In this document: in pieces, positions 12,201 to 25,116 of the stretch | Layout: every line of letters starts with the position of its first letter | Numbering within the stretch: the stretch's first letter is position 1 | NCBI GenBank assembly: GCA_000934665.2 | Contig: KZ539144.1 | Location: 1 to 41,988, forward strand | Origin: Catajapyx aquilonaris | Lineage: Eukaryota | DNA: 41,988 bases | Direction: 5' to 3' | Notes under the pieces: generated by a model | What the model saw: only the letters and a program-made list of their open reading frames with translations | The model's database searches: none | What the model was told of the DNA's origin: nothing | Position numbers and translations under genes: made by a program

Positions 12201-15200
12201 AATGCATTGAAGATTATGGATGTTAAAACCTCTTATTGCTACTTTGTTGAAACAAATTTTAAGCAGTAAATATACTCTTTAAAGTTTCTTTTTAATGAGT
12301 CTGTCGTTTGAAAAAAAAACTAGCTTCGGATGATGCACCTTTTGTGACGTGGAGGCATAGTCATACGAGAAGAGTAGTTAAGCAGCTTTTGTAACCGAGT
12401 AAAGTATTAAAGTATTTTACGTTCATATACTTTCAGTTAGGGAGAAACATTTGAGTGATATGTTAATTTGTAAAATCATTATAGTGTGCCTCATTATCTG
12501 CCGCTTTGGCATGCGACCATAATTATGGTCTAATTAAATCATTAAGGTATTGCACTTGTTTGTTAGAAACGATTCACTTCCTGTAATAAAGTTTTTTTTC
12601 GATTTTAGGACCCCATAAAATTAATTGAAGACAGTCGCGTGCAGGTAATCGATCAAAATGCGTCAGATCGCTTAGACTAATGGTTATATTATACACTTAC
12701 ATAGGTTTAGTGCATTTTATTGTGATAAAACCCGCATGGTATCTTCAAATTATTTTAACCTTTAAATTCACTATCTGTAATGTTTACCATGTACGTACTA
12801 GTCAAGTTCAAAATTTTGTTACGCACTAAACCTCAGTTTATCATGCATTATTTTCTCGTCAGAGTTAACTTGAAGACTTATATTCTTAAAAGTAAACCTT
12901 ACGAATGTACTTTAAAAATTGGGAGTTTGTGTGTCCCCAGAAACAGTACTGAAGTCCTGAGCAAGGGGTATTAAAATAAATATAAATAAATAAATTCTTA
13001 AAAGTGATTAATTAAAATGTTTTAAATGCCTTACGGTTAGCATTTTTCTTTAGAAAAACATCACGCTGCTACATTATTGTCAGATTATTACGTTATATTT
13101 CTATATGAGATAATATAAAAATCACCGGTGGATGTTGTGCACATTGTAAACATTGTGTCATATGTACGATGTAGTGCAGTACATGGAAGAAATTCACTCG
13201 TGAAAGTTTGATTATTATCAGAGACGCTGTCGAATTTTTCCACAATCTAGGCAGTGCATGCAATTTTTCTGTGACCAAACTGTGAAGTTGCGTGAAGTTT
13301 TTTTTGTATAACTTAACATAGGTCTGCGAATAATATTTGAAAAGTCAAATAACTCAAACGTGGCTGAAAACCGATCTGATCAGGTCCGTCTGCTGGGCCC
13401 AGAAGTAGTTGTATGACATCAGCACAAGTTGTGGAAGAAATTCTTTCGTAAATGGTCTGAAAATGAGAGCGAGTTTGAATGGAGTGACAGGGTTGTGTGG
13501 CGTAGTGACTGTGGAGGGAAATGCGAGAGAAATGTTGAATGGAGGCGGTTCCAATTCTGCTCTGCTTTTACTACCTTTCCTTCACACGCTGCCACCATAA
13601 TCAGGCCTTCGCCTTGCAGCCGAACGAACATCTTTCAGGCCAGGAAATGCCAGCTTGCGAGCCTCGGGAGAGAAGGTAATCCATTTGGCGATATCTCCCT
13701 TTCTCCTGGCTGCGGCATTGTTACCGCCACAACTCTAGCTAGGGATGGCCAAGGGTGCCATGTGAGGGTGCATACCTGATCGTCCAAAAGAAGCACGGCT
13801 AACGGTTTTTTTTGTAAAAAAAAAATCTATTTTTGGAATGGAGGGATGCATGGGTTAACAATTCTTCACATCGTTTCATTAGCATATATTGGCTCTCCGA
13901 CATGCGAAGCACATCGTCTGCAAAAATCCACCCTCGAATCGTGTCGTCCGTTCTAATTTTCCAAACTCACCCTTGATCGAGTCGACCTAAAGAGAACCGT
14001 GCTCTAGGGACATATTTGCAAATCTAGAGTTTGAATGCAATGCTCTCTGAACTCGACCTTTTGTCACTGCCTATCATTGTAAATATGGAACTGACCATAT
14101 GTCTAAAATCGAATCACAGTAAGGCATATTCTAGGCAATACTGGTTTTTGGCACTGATCATAACCTATGTCAGATGAACTTTCGTCATTATTAAAATGGC
14201 TGCCAAGAATCCAGAAAACGGTCCACCTCCTGACGGCTTCAGCCAAAAACCAATATTTTCCCTTTTAACTCTACTGTTTCTTTAGTGGTCCCTGCATATT
14301 TAATATCGGGCAGATTACTTGACCAATGCTCCAGAAAATGCCCCATAGCACAATGAACAAGTGCACGGGAATGGTTGGTAGTAAAAGGGCTGCGTGGAAA
14401 ACAATTAGAAACCGCAAGAGTATCTCCCTCCAGGGCAAAAACTTTTCTTCAGCTAATTACATCCCCATTTTCCGATTTCAGGAGAGTAGGAGCATACATA
14501 TATCTTCATTCTGGGCTGGGTGTTTGTTTAGATGTAGAAAGAAGTGATGGTTCATTAAAACATGCCACATCAGACCAATAACTCATGCACATAACAATCG
14601 GAAATATTTCAGTCAAAATATTCGAGCAAATTCGCGACATTTTGAGCGAGAAGCCAGGGAACCAATGAGGTTCGAGACCGTTACTCGCGACCTTGGTAAC
14701 TGGCGAGCACCACATTGCAGCGCCTTCAGTGGTCGGGTTGGAAGTTGGGAGTATTTTTGGCGGGAGAAAAGAAACTGGATGTGCTCATTGAATTAAAGTA
14801 ATTAATTGGAGGCACAGACGCGCCATGAATCTTGTCAGGTGAGAAACGGCGTCATCTTAAGCGGAATGGTGTCGATTAGTCTTTCCCCTGCTTGCCATCC
14901 GAGCAGTAAGGGTCAAAAGGGAAAAGCGGGGAGCAGGGAAGCTTGGGTAGGGAAGAGAGGGAGCGAGAAAGCTTGATGTGAAATGGGCGGTGCGGAGCTG
15001 CGTTCTAGTTAATAATGCTAATTGGGCCCTGGACCAACATTGAGAGCGACAGGGTAGGGGGGGGGGAAGTGGGGAGAGGCGGGGGGGATGGAAGGGACAG
15101 GAGACCGGCGCCTTCTCCATTTGCGCTGTTCCCGCACTACATCCACTCATCTCGTCCCCATTCCATTTTCATTTTCTTCACCTTCATCAGGCTTCTCCCC

Positions 15201-17414
15201 CCCCCCCCACCCCACAAATATTGCATCCTCACTTTCCATGCATTTTTGGGTCTCTTGATTATGCATGCGCGTACCGGTATTGCTCAAACAGGCATCGATG
15301 AGCGAGGTATGGCCGCAAGGGCCCCGATATAGCCAAGTTGCTGAGTGAAATGTGAAAGTTAATCTGGGGCGAATCTTTTCGCAACAGTAAGTGCGGCGAG
15401 GAGGATTTTCTTCGTTCGCTTATTCCTTTCTTTGATGGAATTTAACAAAAGCATATTGTGCGAAATCAAATTGAGACGGCTGCTTTCATTAAACCTGCCT
15501 TGCCTCACCCTATTACACCGAAGAAACTTCCACTTCATTATCATGAAAGAAGTAAAAGCACATGAGTTTTCACGGTAATTCAATTGGCCAAGTTGATTAA
15601 TTAACGGTATTTCCAAATTAGCTCAATTACATAATCCGGTAAGGCTTAGCTCCTGAATAGTGAGAGTTAGTACTTTTACCAAAGCAAATTACACGTTTCG
15701 CTTTTTCTGCTCAACCCTCGGAGCTTTTGCCAGCTTTGATGATTTCGTACAGTATACCTTAAGCTATGTGACATGTCCAGAGTTTCCAATGGGCAGACTA
15801 CGTGATTTGACGAATTAGACTGTACAAACATAAGTCGAATGCAGGTAATGAGAATATCAAGTTCGCAAAAATAATTCCAACATGACGAGCTGGCTTGTGA
15901 CATTCAATATGCACGTTTTCATGTAATGAAGGTAAATCATAGCAACATGTTCGGTTCTGTCGCCATTGTAACTGTTGCATTGTTTTACAGCATGCGTGAT
16001 TCACTATTGTCATTTCAATGTCCATATAAATACACACTATACAATAATGATTTAGAGTGCATAATCCATAATCCATAAGTACGTGAAGGCAAGTACATTT
16101 GCGTGCTGATTTCATGCATTACACTGTTGAATTTAATACAACCTAATTTTAAACATTATGCCTGCACCATGTTATACCCTCGCATTAAGAGATGAGTGTG
16201 GATCAATATTACGCTGAGACTCTATTGATACAGTTCATGTCTGCATTATTAGCTTCAAAATGTATATGCTCCAGCTCCTTTCTTTTCCTTGACCTTAATC
16301 ATCCCATAATGTAATAAATGCAGAAAGGGATGCTTGCTGTAAGCAGCGTTCCTTTCTAGTTGGATCACCCTGCATGTACTGTACAGTACAATATGAAAGT
16401 AAACAGATTTTGTAAATGATACTTCATAAACGCTTCTCTAGCTGGCTTAATTTTTTGTTAATTTCACTTCTTGTTATAAGTTATGAGGAATTTCACCTAT
16501 ACAAAATGAGTTTATTACTCTTTGAGTTGATCTGGCAAATTGATATGCACTAACAGGAAACATGCTCCAAAATATTTGCCACAGACGGTGGCAGGAAACC
16601 TCAAGCACCTCAAGAAAATGAGTCCAGCCGGTTTTTCCCCCTGCAACAGGGCGTCGCAATTTGAACTCTGGAGGGCAATTCAGGGGGTTAATCAGTCGAC
16701 CACCTGAACCAAGAAAGGTGTCAGGCGAGAAAGGTTCCCTAGAAATTGCATCTTACCGTTTAGTGATAGTCGTTCGGCGGTATAAAAGCGAATCGGATTC
16801 AGGTTTACTGCCATGGCACACTGTTAACATGTCTCCAAAGAGCAAATGTCAAGAAAGTAGAAGTTGAATTCAGCAGTCAGTCAATGTTGCTTCGCCGGAC
16901 TATTGATGCGAAAGCTTCCTTGTCGAATTTCGATCTTGTTATCCGTGGCTATCTGTTACCTCCACTTTATTGGATTCCTGAATCTTCTTTGCACCGACGT
17001 GCCATGGTAATAAAAGACACGAGGCCACTATTCCCCAGCAGTGGGCGTCTGCAGACAAGAACCCAAATCGGCATTCCTTTTGAGATGTCCAGTGGAGGGA
17101 GATACCCCGCGCCGTTATTGGCATGCGGTCAAGGGGTTTTGTGGCCTCGCTTTAAAAGTCACGACAATTCGAGTGCTTTAGATTATTAAGTCATGCATGC
17201 TCGCGTGTTGCCAACTTGTGTGATTTTATCTCACCGTATCCAAGTTGCTGATACTCAGTGATATTTTGAAGGTGTTTCCGAGCGCCGGAAAAATATAAAT
17301 GACCTGCAAGGTCAAAATGCACTTGACCCTCCTACCTTGGAGCCAAAAATGGAAGAGTTTAAAAATGAAGAGTAGTTATTGTATATTAATAGAGTGGCTT
17401 TTGTGTCATTACAG

Positions 17415-17566
17415 TTAGCCCACTTGAAGTCCGACTTCTTGGAAAAGGAATGACTCTGACCGCAAGCCGAAAGTACGACCTTCTGTGCGAGGCCGTAGGT
17501 TCCAGACCCCCAGCACACATCACTTGGTGGAAGGATGGGAAACGCTTGGAAGGAGGCAAAGAGACG
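17415..17566 (+). CDS. Internal coding exon 2 of the Sidestep/nephrin-like gene; N-half of the next Ig domain
   Basis: Acceptor ttgtgtcattacag|17415 and donor 17566|gtaagt; 152 nt, phase 1-0. Joins exon 1 (T|TT=F) to give FSPLEVRLLGKGMTLTASRKYDLLCEAVGSRPPAHITWWKDGKRLEGGKET. The GSRPPAxITWWK motif is characteristic of Sidestep proteins. Not in the ORF track. Confidence 0.93.
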
Positions 17567-20500
17567 GTAAGTCAGTCTTTGTCCTGACACGCTCTGGACA
17601 CCCCCTCGTCCTTTCGGAATCCACCATTCAACTCGCATTCCTCTTTGAAATTAACACATTCCGCCGCGCGTGACGCCACGTTCCTCCTTGTCTTATTTTC
17701 TTCCGACTACCGCCTATTCTTCATTCAGACGTTTATGGCAGTCGACAAAGTTTGCTGCAGCTCTGTTTGCTTCCGCGGATTACTTTTCTGCGGAAATTAT
17801 GGCGGCTCCTAGTCCCTGGAGAAATCGCGAATCCCCCAAATTTTATCCGGATCGCCATTGTTCACCGCACGTGCCGTGTATAGCTTCGACTCTGAGACTC
17901 CATTAATTACACAGACTAGCGATCCGTGGAATACTTCAGGAATGCGTGTAATTTTTTTCTGGTATGCAATCACACCAGTCCATCCACTACCGTGATGCAC
18001 CCCCTGGCTGTACCGTGACCACAGGGTAGTTTATATACTCAAATGCTAAATAGCAGTTAATTTGTCTGTTGATGCGACTCCTTATGAAGTTTCACTACCT
18101 TGCCACTATTTAAGGCGCCAGTTGACTGCAGATAAAGGTCCACGCCCAGTGACCTTCATCCCGTTTGCGCACCCGCCACCTATCAGAAAGAAATGTAGGT
18201 AACAGACAGCTCTCATGCGTGTAGTTTGCAGATTGAGCCTTGGAAGAAAGTCCTGGAGCTAGTGCTCCTGCATCACCAGGACTGGTAAATGGATCCAGGG
18301 AATGTTGAGCGTGCAGAGTGATGCGACGGCTTCAACCAACGACACCTTCCTCGTCTCTATCTAATCAAGTTTGGGCCGCTGTTAGTCGCAGTCTCCTGGC
18401 TCGTGGAGCTACTCGGGAGGAAAGCAAACACACTTCCAATTGCAGACGGTGGCGTTTTCATTTGGGTTAATGAGACGAATTGCAAGGCGTCTTCTCCGAC
18501 CTCCTCGGCCCCTCTTCTCGCCCGACGCCGATATCATAGCCAGCCAGATCGTCTCAACAGAAATTGAAATTCGAAATTGGGGGTGGCTTGCTCACGTGAA
18601 GGACTCCAGCCCAGCCTCCCCAACCCCTTAGAATCTCTTCCACGGATTTCCTTGACAATTACTTCGCCTGGGTTGCTTTGCCGCATCCGACTTTCTTTTA
18701 CGAAACTCGTTGAATAACAAAAGGAGGGAGCCCCATCATCCTTTCGCTACTGAATAATTTACCGCACTTTCCGTAGCTCAAACTGTCTTTCACACTCTAA
18801 TCTTGGGGGCACTACTCAAGTGCCGGGGTAATGTCTTCGAATAGAATACAACCACTGACCTCACTGAAAATGGCTGACTTTTGCCGCAACTACTCCCCCC
18901 NNNNNNNNNNNNNNNNNCCAGTCAGGAAATGGCACCCTGAGTAATTATTCGAGCCCGAGTCTCTCCTGTGCCTAGTAAATAGAACGTTAATGATGAAGGC
19001 TTGCTATTTCTGGCTCGCCATGTCTCTCGACGTGGGTGATGGAATCAGAGATCCCAGCGATACTAAGCAAAAGAAATAAACCGAGGTTTTACGCTTCCAT
19101 TGACGACTTCGAAAGAGCTCGGAACTCCACTAACATTGGGGACAGGGCAATTCCGAAAGAAAAGGAACAGGGGTGGGGGATGGAGATGGGAGGTGAATTC
19201 GTTTGTGTTTTTCCCTTCATAACAGATAAGGGGCTTAGATTTTACTCCATGTCATCCCCCAGAGTGTAGTTGTCGTAGCCTGCGGTCCTGGTTATTGCAA
19301 CGCTCCTTGGCCCATTACACTCAAAAAGTAACAATAAAAGATTACTTACTGCTGCCCCAGCGCGGCTAGAAACCACCACTCCCCTCACATATGTACAACA
19401 ATTGACCCAAATCAGATGGACCCCTATAGTCTTGAGATGCTCTTTGCAATAAGTTTGGAGGGGTCAAAAGAGTGAGTGGGGTGACCCAGGATATTTTTTT
19501 GCGGACAGCAATCATCATCAGAAGCACCTTTGAGGCATAGAAGGTCAGCAGTCCATCAGCACCTGTCCCATCTGATGAAAAGGTTTCATGTTCTTTCTCA
19601 TTAAGTCTCTCCCCCCCCACACACACACTCTGAGACGCTCTTTTTTCTGGAAAAAATAACACTGGCGGAGGGTGGAGGAGAGGGGAGTGGAGGGAATTCA
19701 GCCACAAGCACGTGTCTGGAAACGAAAGGCGAGATCCAAAGTTCGTTTCTTCAATGCTCCATTTCTTCCCTCGCCATTCCTCCGCAATGCTTCCAACTGG
19801 CTGCCACCCAGGTAGTTTCATCATCTCTCAAATGAAAATGGCGTAGCTGCAAAGTAACTTTGAGCAGAGGAAAGAAAGTGAGGACCCCAAAAACTCATTC
19901 CAGGAAGAAGCGATTCGGGTACTCAAAGACACATGGGATCTAGCAAGAAGTGGCTGCTTCTTCACCCATGGCGCATTACTGTAGAAACAAGGAGGGGTCG
20001 TTCATCCCCTCTTCTCCCTTCCCCCTCGGAATACTATCGTGGACAATGTCTCCAAACTTCCTGGATTACCTATATGCTCGGGTCTTTACTGACTGTTCCG
20101 ACCGTGTTGTCAAAATGGGAGGGTCATTTTGAAACAAACCGTCATGGTCAATCGTGAGGCCTCGTGTCGTATCTCTTTCATCTTAGCTGCCGTGAATGAC
20201 GCTCAAAAGGAAAGTTGAACTTGGAACCATATAGTCCCCCTCAAACTACAAAGGACAAAAAAATGGAATGGCATGGCATATAGGATCCGTGGCTGGAGTA
20301 TCTCTGCATTCCATCCAGTCTGAACCTGGAGAAAGTGCGAACGACGTTGATTGATTGTTTTGGCAGTGGGCGAAGTGCACGTGACATAAGCACCAGACGG
20401 AGTTGCCCAAGTATTGTTAATGAATATGGAACGAGCCTCAATTATTGGACTTGGCGTACCGAAATTGCGCTCGCTTGGGCGAAACTCGCAAAGTTTAGGC

Positions 20501-20725
20501 CCACCTCCAAAACCAGCGATACCCAACACTGTCATAAGTGCAACAGTGGTTGAAACAGCTCGTTGCAATTCTCTTCCCCACAAGTTCCGTGTCTGCAAGA
20601 GAGAAGGTGCACCCCATACTTTTTTAAATAAAAATGTTAAATCTTCACTTTTATGGAATGGATGTTATTATAAATAATAATAATAAGGCCTATACAGCTA
20701 CGCTTTGTAAATTTCAAAACATACT

Positions 20726-21227
20726 ACTATCCCGGTCGGTTTTATAAAACAATTAGAAATACGGCAGTAATCAATTTATTTATTACGGCCGTATGGCGTG
20801 ACGTCACGTCCTTTCTGTTTGAATTGAGCCTGGCGGGCACGGCAAATGCAAGGCAAGAGTGCAGTGCAGTGGTTTGAACGTGTTTGAAGCTGGTTGACGG
20901 GTTTTTAGCCTTGCGGGTTGCACTGAAAAAGGCGCTCTCATGCTACACCGGTATGGTACAGTACAAAGTAGTGTACTACTGTACAGTGGTGTGTTCAGTA
21001 CTCTGGCGGTGTAGCATGAGACCGCCTTTTTCAGTGCAACCAGCAAGGCTAAAAACCCGTTCAACCAGCTTCAAACACGTTCAAACCACTACACTCTTGC
21101 CTTGCCTTTGCTGTGCCCGCCAGGCTCAATTCAAACAGAAAGGATGTGACGTCACGCCATACGGCCGTATTAAATAAATTGATTACTGCCGTATTTCTAA
21201 TTGTTTTATAAAACAGACCGGGGTAGT
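20726..21227. mobile_element. ~500-bp foldback element / long-TIR MITE
   Basis: Arms ~20726-20950 and ~21007-21227 are highly similar reverse complements (e.g. ttttataaaacaattagaaatacggcagtaatcaatttattta and gtgacgtcac) around a ~56-bp spacer. Possible TA TSD just outside (t/c)cccggtc...gaccgggg. Confidence 0.85.
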
Positions 21228-21430
21228 CGCACCAACGATTTTTCCCCACCCCCTCGCGCGCGCTTGACCCCTGACTCTGATACACCCTGTATAGTTCTTA
21301 CCTTTTTGCAGGGTTCATATAGATAATGCCCTGGACCAGGATCCGAAAACATTTCGGAAAATGCAAATAAGTCTAAGCTCCCATTCGAGTTCCATGCCAA
21401 AAAGAGCCAACTATACAGTACTGGTGTGCA

Positions 21431-21770
21431 TAGAGGGTGATTCAAAATATTGTGCACAAACTAATGAACGTATAGAGAGGGATCGGGGTAGAAAAACTTC
21501 GGCATGGGAACCCGTGTCCTCTAATGTAACGCTGAGACAGTACGATCCTGTCGGAATGTAAGGAACATTGAGGACGTAATCTTCCCCATGTGAGCAGATA
21601 TCTGTTACTCGAAACCACACGTCTGTTGATAATGTTATTGGATTGACAATAATACGGGGATTTCTCACAGTAGCAAATATTTTCCGAAATAAACACATGG
21701 TCAAAGTGCAAAGGTCACTTTGTGTTGGCTTCTGACGTTTCCTATGTGGCATTCTCTATTTTCTTGAAAT
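21431..21770 (-). mobile_element. Possible degraded Tc1/mariner end fragment
   Basis: Starts tagagggtgattcaaaat (mariner-like TIR). The minus-strand translation weakly resembles a transposase C-terminus. No partner TIR found. Confidence 0.25.
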
Positions 21771-22071
21771 TTAAAACATATCACCACATGATCTAACATT
21801 CCGGAAAATACCTCAAAAGTATTACTCATGCTTAGGCCTACTATTTTTTTTAAAATGAAGCGTGTTAGGAGACCTGGATAGACGCGCGCGCTGAGCTGTC
21901 ACAGCGCCAATTTTTTGCTCTCCCCACTTCTCATGCGAGTCACTCACTATTGTCCATCGCGCGGTCCATCCTTAAAACATCACATCCTCCAAAGTAATCC
22001 TGAGTCAGTGCGAGCCTAAGTGGGAACATTACGGACAACAGACCATTGATTTACACACACAAAATTAAGTA

Positions 22072-23252
22072 CGGTAAGTGTCCCAGTGGTCGACATGTTA
22101 AGGAAAAATTCACTTAGGACACTCTTTCCCGCTTTTTCCATGGGAATTAGTTTAAGAAATCCTCGAAAAAATATCGTTCGAATCGTCGAGACTTTCTCTT
22201 TCACCCAGTGCATATTCGTGCCACATTAAACAGGTTAATTTGATGTAAAGAATATTTATTATTTGCGCATTTGCACACTTGCATATATATGCAAGTGTGC
22301 AAATGCGCAAATTATCGACACCCAAAATGATGACTGTTCCAGTTATCGACACCTCGCATGTCCCAGTTATCGACACCCTCCGTATACCGTATTTACTGCT
22401 GTTGTGTCAATATCATCAGGGAAGAGTTTTATGCCATGTCAGGTTAGAACAACTTAATAGTGTAATTAGATTTTATTCTGAATAATCATCCATTACAATA
22501 ATTATATTTGTTATAATTATAAGCTCAAGATTCATCACTTATGTACGTGTGATAATTATCACACTTACATGTGATGAATGTTGAGTAACTGCACTTTAAA
22601 TTTTTATAAAGCACCTGTACACTGAAAATCGCAGCTGACTTGCTCATTAGCTTCCAACTCACCAAGTAGGTCACGAATTGTAAACACGTGGCGATTAGGC
22701 AAGAGGCAACCCCATGAAGGGATGTGAAATGTTGTCAAATGTAGCCTACCACTTTCTCGCTACATTGCCGCGCTTCCTTGGTTTTTAGCTTCCCAGTTCG
22801 GGTGTCGACTAAGGCCCAGTGTCCAACACGGGGTGTCGATAATTGGAACATCAACGATTTTTGGGTCCAGTAGTCGACACCCCAGCTAAAACTTTCTTTG
22901 CATAAGATTGACGCAAAAGAACATTAAATTTGGATAATTTGAAGCATTTATATCCTTTTCCAGTCAAAAAACCCGAAATAACACTTCTACTTATTTATAT
23001 GGAAGTTTTTCCTGTCTACATGTCTCTCTGCGAATCCGCAAAGAAAAGCATCATTTCAAGGCGAAAATCAGAGCTGACGTGTTCACGCGCTTCTCATTCA
23101 CTAAGTAGGCCATGAATGCTAAATATGTGGTGATCAGCCAGCCCCAAAGGGATGTGAAATCATGCCAGATGTCTCATTTCCACTCAATATTGCCGCGTTA
23201 TCTTGTTATTTAGGTTCCCAGTCTCCTGTGTCGACCGCTGGTACACCTACCT
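22072..23252. mobile_element. ~1.18-kb non-autonomous pogo/Tc-like DNA element with TA TSD
   Basis: TA|cggtaagtgtcccagtggtcgaca ... tgtcgaccgctggtacacctacct|TA (24-bp TIR, 4 mismatches). Internal reiterations of the TIR core (ccagttatcgacac at ~22339 and ~22363; gtgtcgataattggaaca at ~22833; ccagtagtcgacac at ~22867). Confidence 0.78.
22261..22312. repeat. Perfect 52-bp loopless palindrome
   Basis: atttgcgcatttgcacacttgcatat|atatgcaagtgtgcaaatgcgcaaat; the halves are exact reverse complements. Confidence 0.97.
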
Positions 23253-25116
23253 TAAATAAAGGTGAAATGAACGTACGGCAAGTTTTACAAAAGGTGTTTG
23301 ACGTTCTAGGTTTCACGGGAGTGCATGAATAACTAACACACATGACAATAATACGAAGGTACAGGGTCCAAGCTGCGTATTAAAGAATAAAGTACAGTAT
23401 TTGGTGTTTGAGTGAGTTCGCCAGTTTTCTTCAACAACATTGCCTGCATTGAATATGGTGGTCGTCAATTCGACCACATCTTGTAAAAGGACCTGTTCAA
23501 GGTTACCCTGAGTAGCCCTGTAACCCAAACGACAAAAATTAGGCCTATCTTGTAGTGTATATTCTATGCATCTAGTTTTACGCTGAAGGCCGCTATGTTC
23601 GCCACTTACTGTATCTTAGATGTGGTAGGTGTTGCTATCTGGCGGCCTTGGTAGTATTCAAAATATGTTGCCACATGGGGCACCATATCATAATGACAGT
23701 TGCGCCAACGACAATATATGTGGGTTTTACACCGTAAAATGTTGTAAGAATAATAGCGTTGGACAAATGCCTCGCGCGAGTGTCAATCATGCGAAATGCA
23801 AGTCCAATCAAGATATCACGCGTTTGCCCAATCGCGTATCTCTCCCTCACTCCCTCTCCTCTCTCTCACTCTCCCCTAAAAGACAGAGGGAGAGAGAGGG
23901 GCGGACTCAAGATGGCGTTCGTTGGCAAAGCAAGCCCGAACTCTTTCTCCAAACTGTTGAAGGTCACCCGTTAGAAGCATACTTCCATTGAATGACATAT
24001 GTTAGAGTGGCTGGACAGCAACATTTTGATCCAACTCCCCTGCGTTGCCAAGTTCCAGTGATCTGCTTCAATCTAAAGACACGAATCATTGGGCCATGCG
24101 GGTTGCCTTTCTGAGTCAGGATAACTTTGAACAGGTCCTTTGTAACTTCTGTACCAAATTTGTTCTACTCCGATCCCTATGTACATTCCTTAAGTTTGTA
24201 CACAACCTTTCGACTCACCCTGTACAGGCAGTCACAAGTGAAGATGCGGCAAATCAGCGAGAGGCAATCAATACTGTACTGCACTGCACTGCACTCTTGG
24301 CGTATAGGCTTTCATAAGCTGCAGAGTCAGCCTTACCGAGATTTCCAGCGATTTTTCTCCCTCTAAGCCCCGGCATCCATTTGCGGAACCAGATCCTTGC
24401 TCAACTAGGAATTCCAGCCTAGCCTATATTTCATCACGTCGTGACCCTGTTTCGCGCAACTCTCATTTTGATCCCCCTTTGGCTTATGGAAAACATTACG
24501 ACCTTAGGCTGTCAGCATTTGTTTCTTTTTCTCTCAGACACTGGAAAACAAAAATACGCACTACTCTACCTTGGGCTCTCTCAATCTATGAAATTCGATT
24601 ACACGTCATCATCTGGGGCTAGCCAACACACTCTAGTCGTAAATACGCTGCAACGTAGCCCCCGAAATTTGACCACTATTCATAAATTTGCCCTTGAAAC
24701 GAACAAAAAAACACAAACAGTACAGCGTCATGTCAAACCCGCATTGTAAAGCCAATGGATCTACGTATAGGGCGGATCTGTTTGGCAGGCTTTGTTGATT
24801 ACATTTTGCTTGCAGGGTATTACAGTACATTGGAGTACGCATTTGAGCTCGGATCAATGGATTTCCAAACAGAGAATTCCGGCGTTAGTCCGTGATATTA
24901 TCTCGGCGTGATTAGAAAACAATGTTGAAAATATGCAGCAGCCTCGGCTATGTTGGATTTTGAAGGAGAACATCACTCCAATCTCTCTGGCCTATTTTTG
25001 CTCCCCAAAAATTAGGTATAGCGGCATTTTTAGCCCAATGTTCAGTCAAACTGTTTCAGAGATGTGAATTGAAATATAAGTTTTTTATTGAATTAGTGTT
25101 TATTGTAGCCTACATA

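Noticed and set aside
14137..14257. 16-bp inverted repeat (aatactggtttttggc / gccaaaaaccaatatt) as a small MITE
   Set aside because: No TSD and no second copy in the window; too weak to call.
19366..20677. Longer ORFs 19366-19824(-), 20203-20598(-) and 20414-20677(+) as nested genes or alternative Ig exons
   Set aside because: No recognisable domain, no Ig Cys/Trp pattern and no phase-compatible splice pair. The six identified exons already give a continuous protein.
20804..21177. Mirror-image ORF pair on opposite strands
   Set aside because: A simple consequence of the foldback element; no protein-like features.
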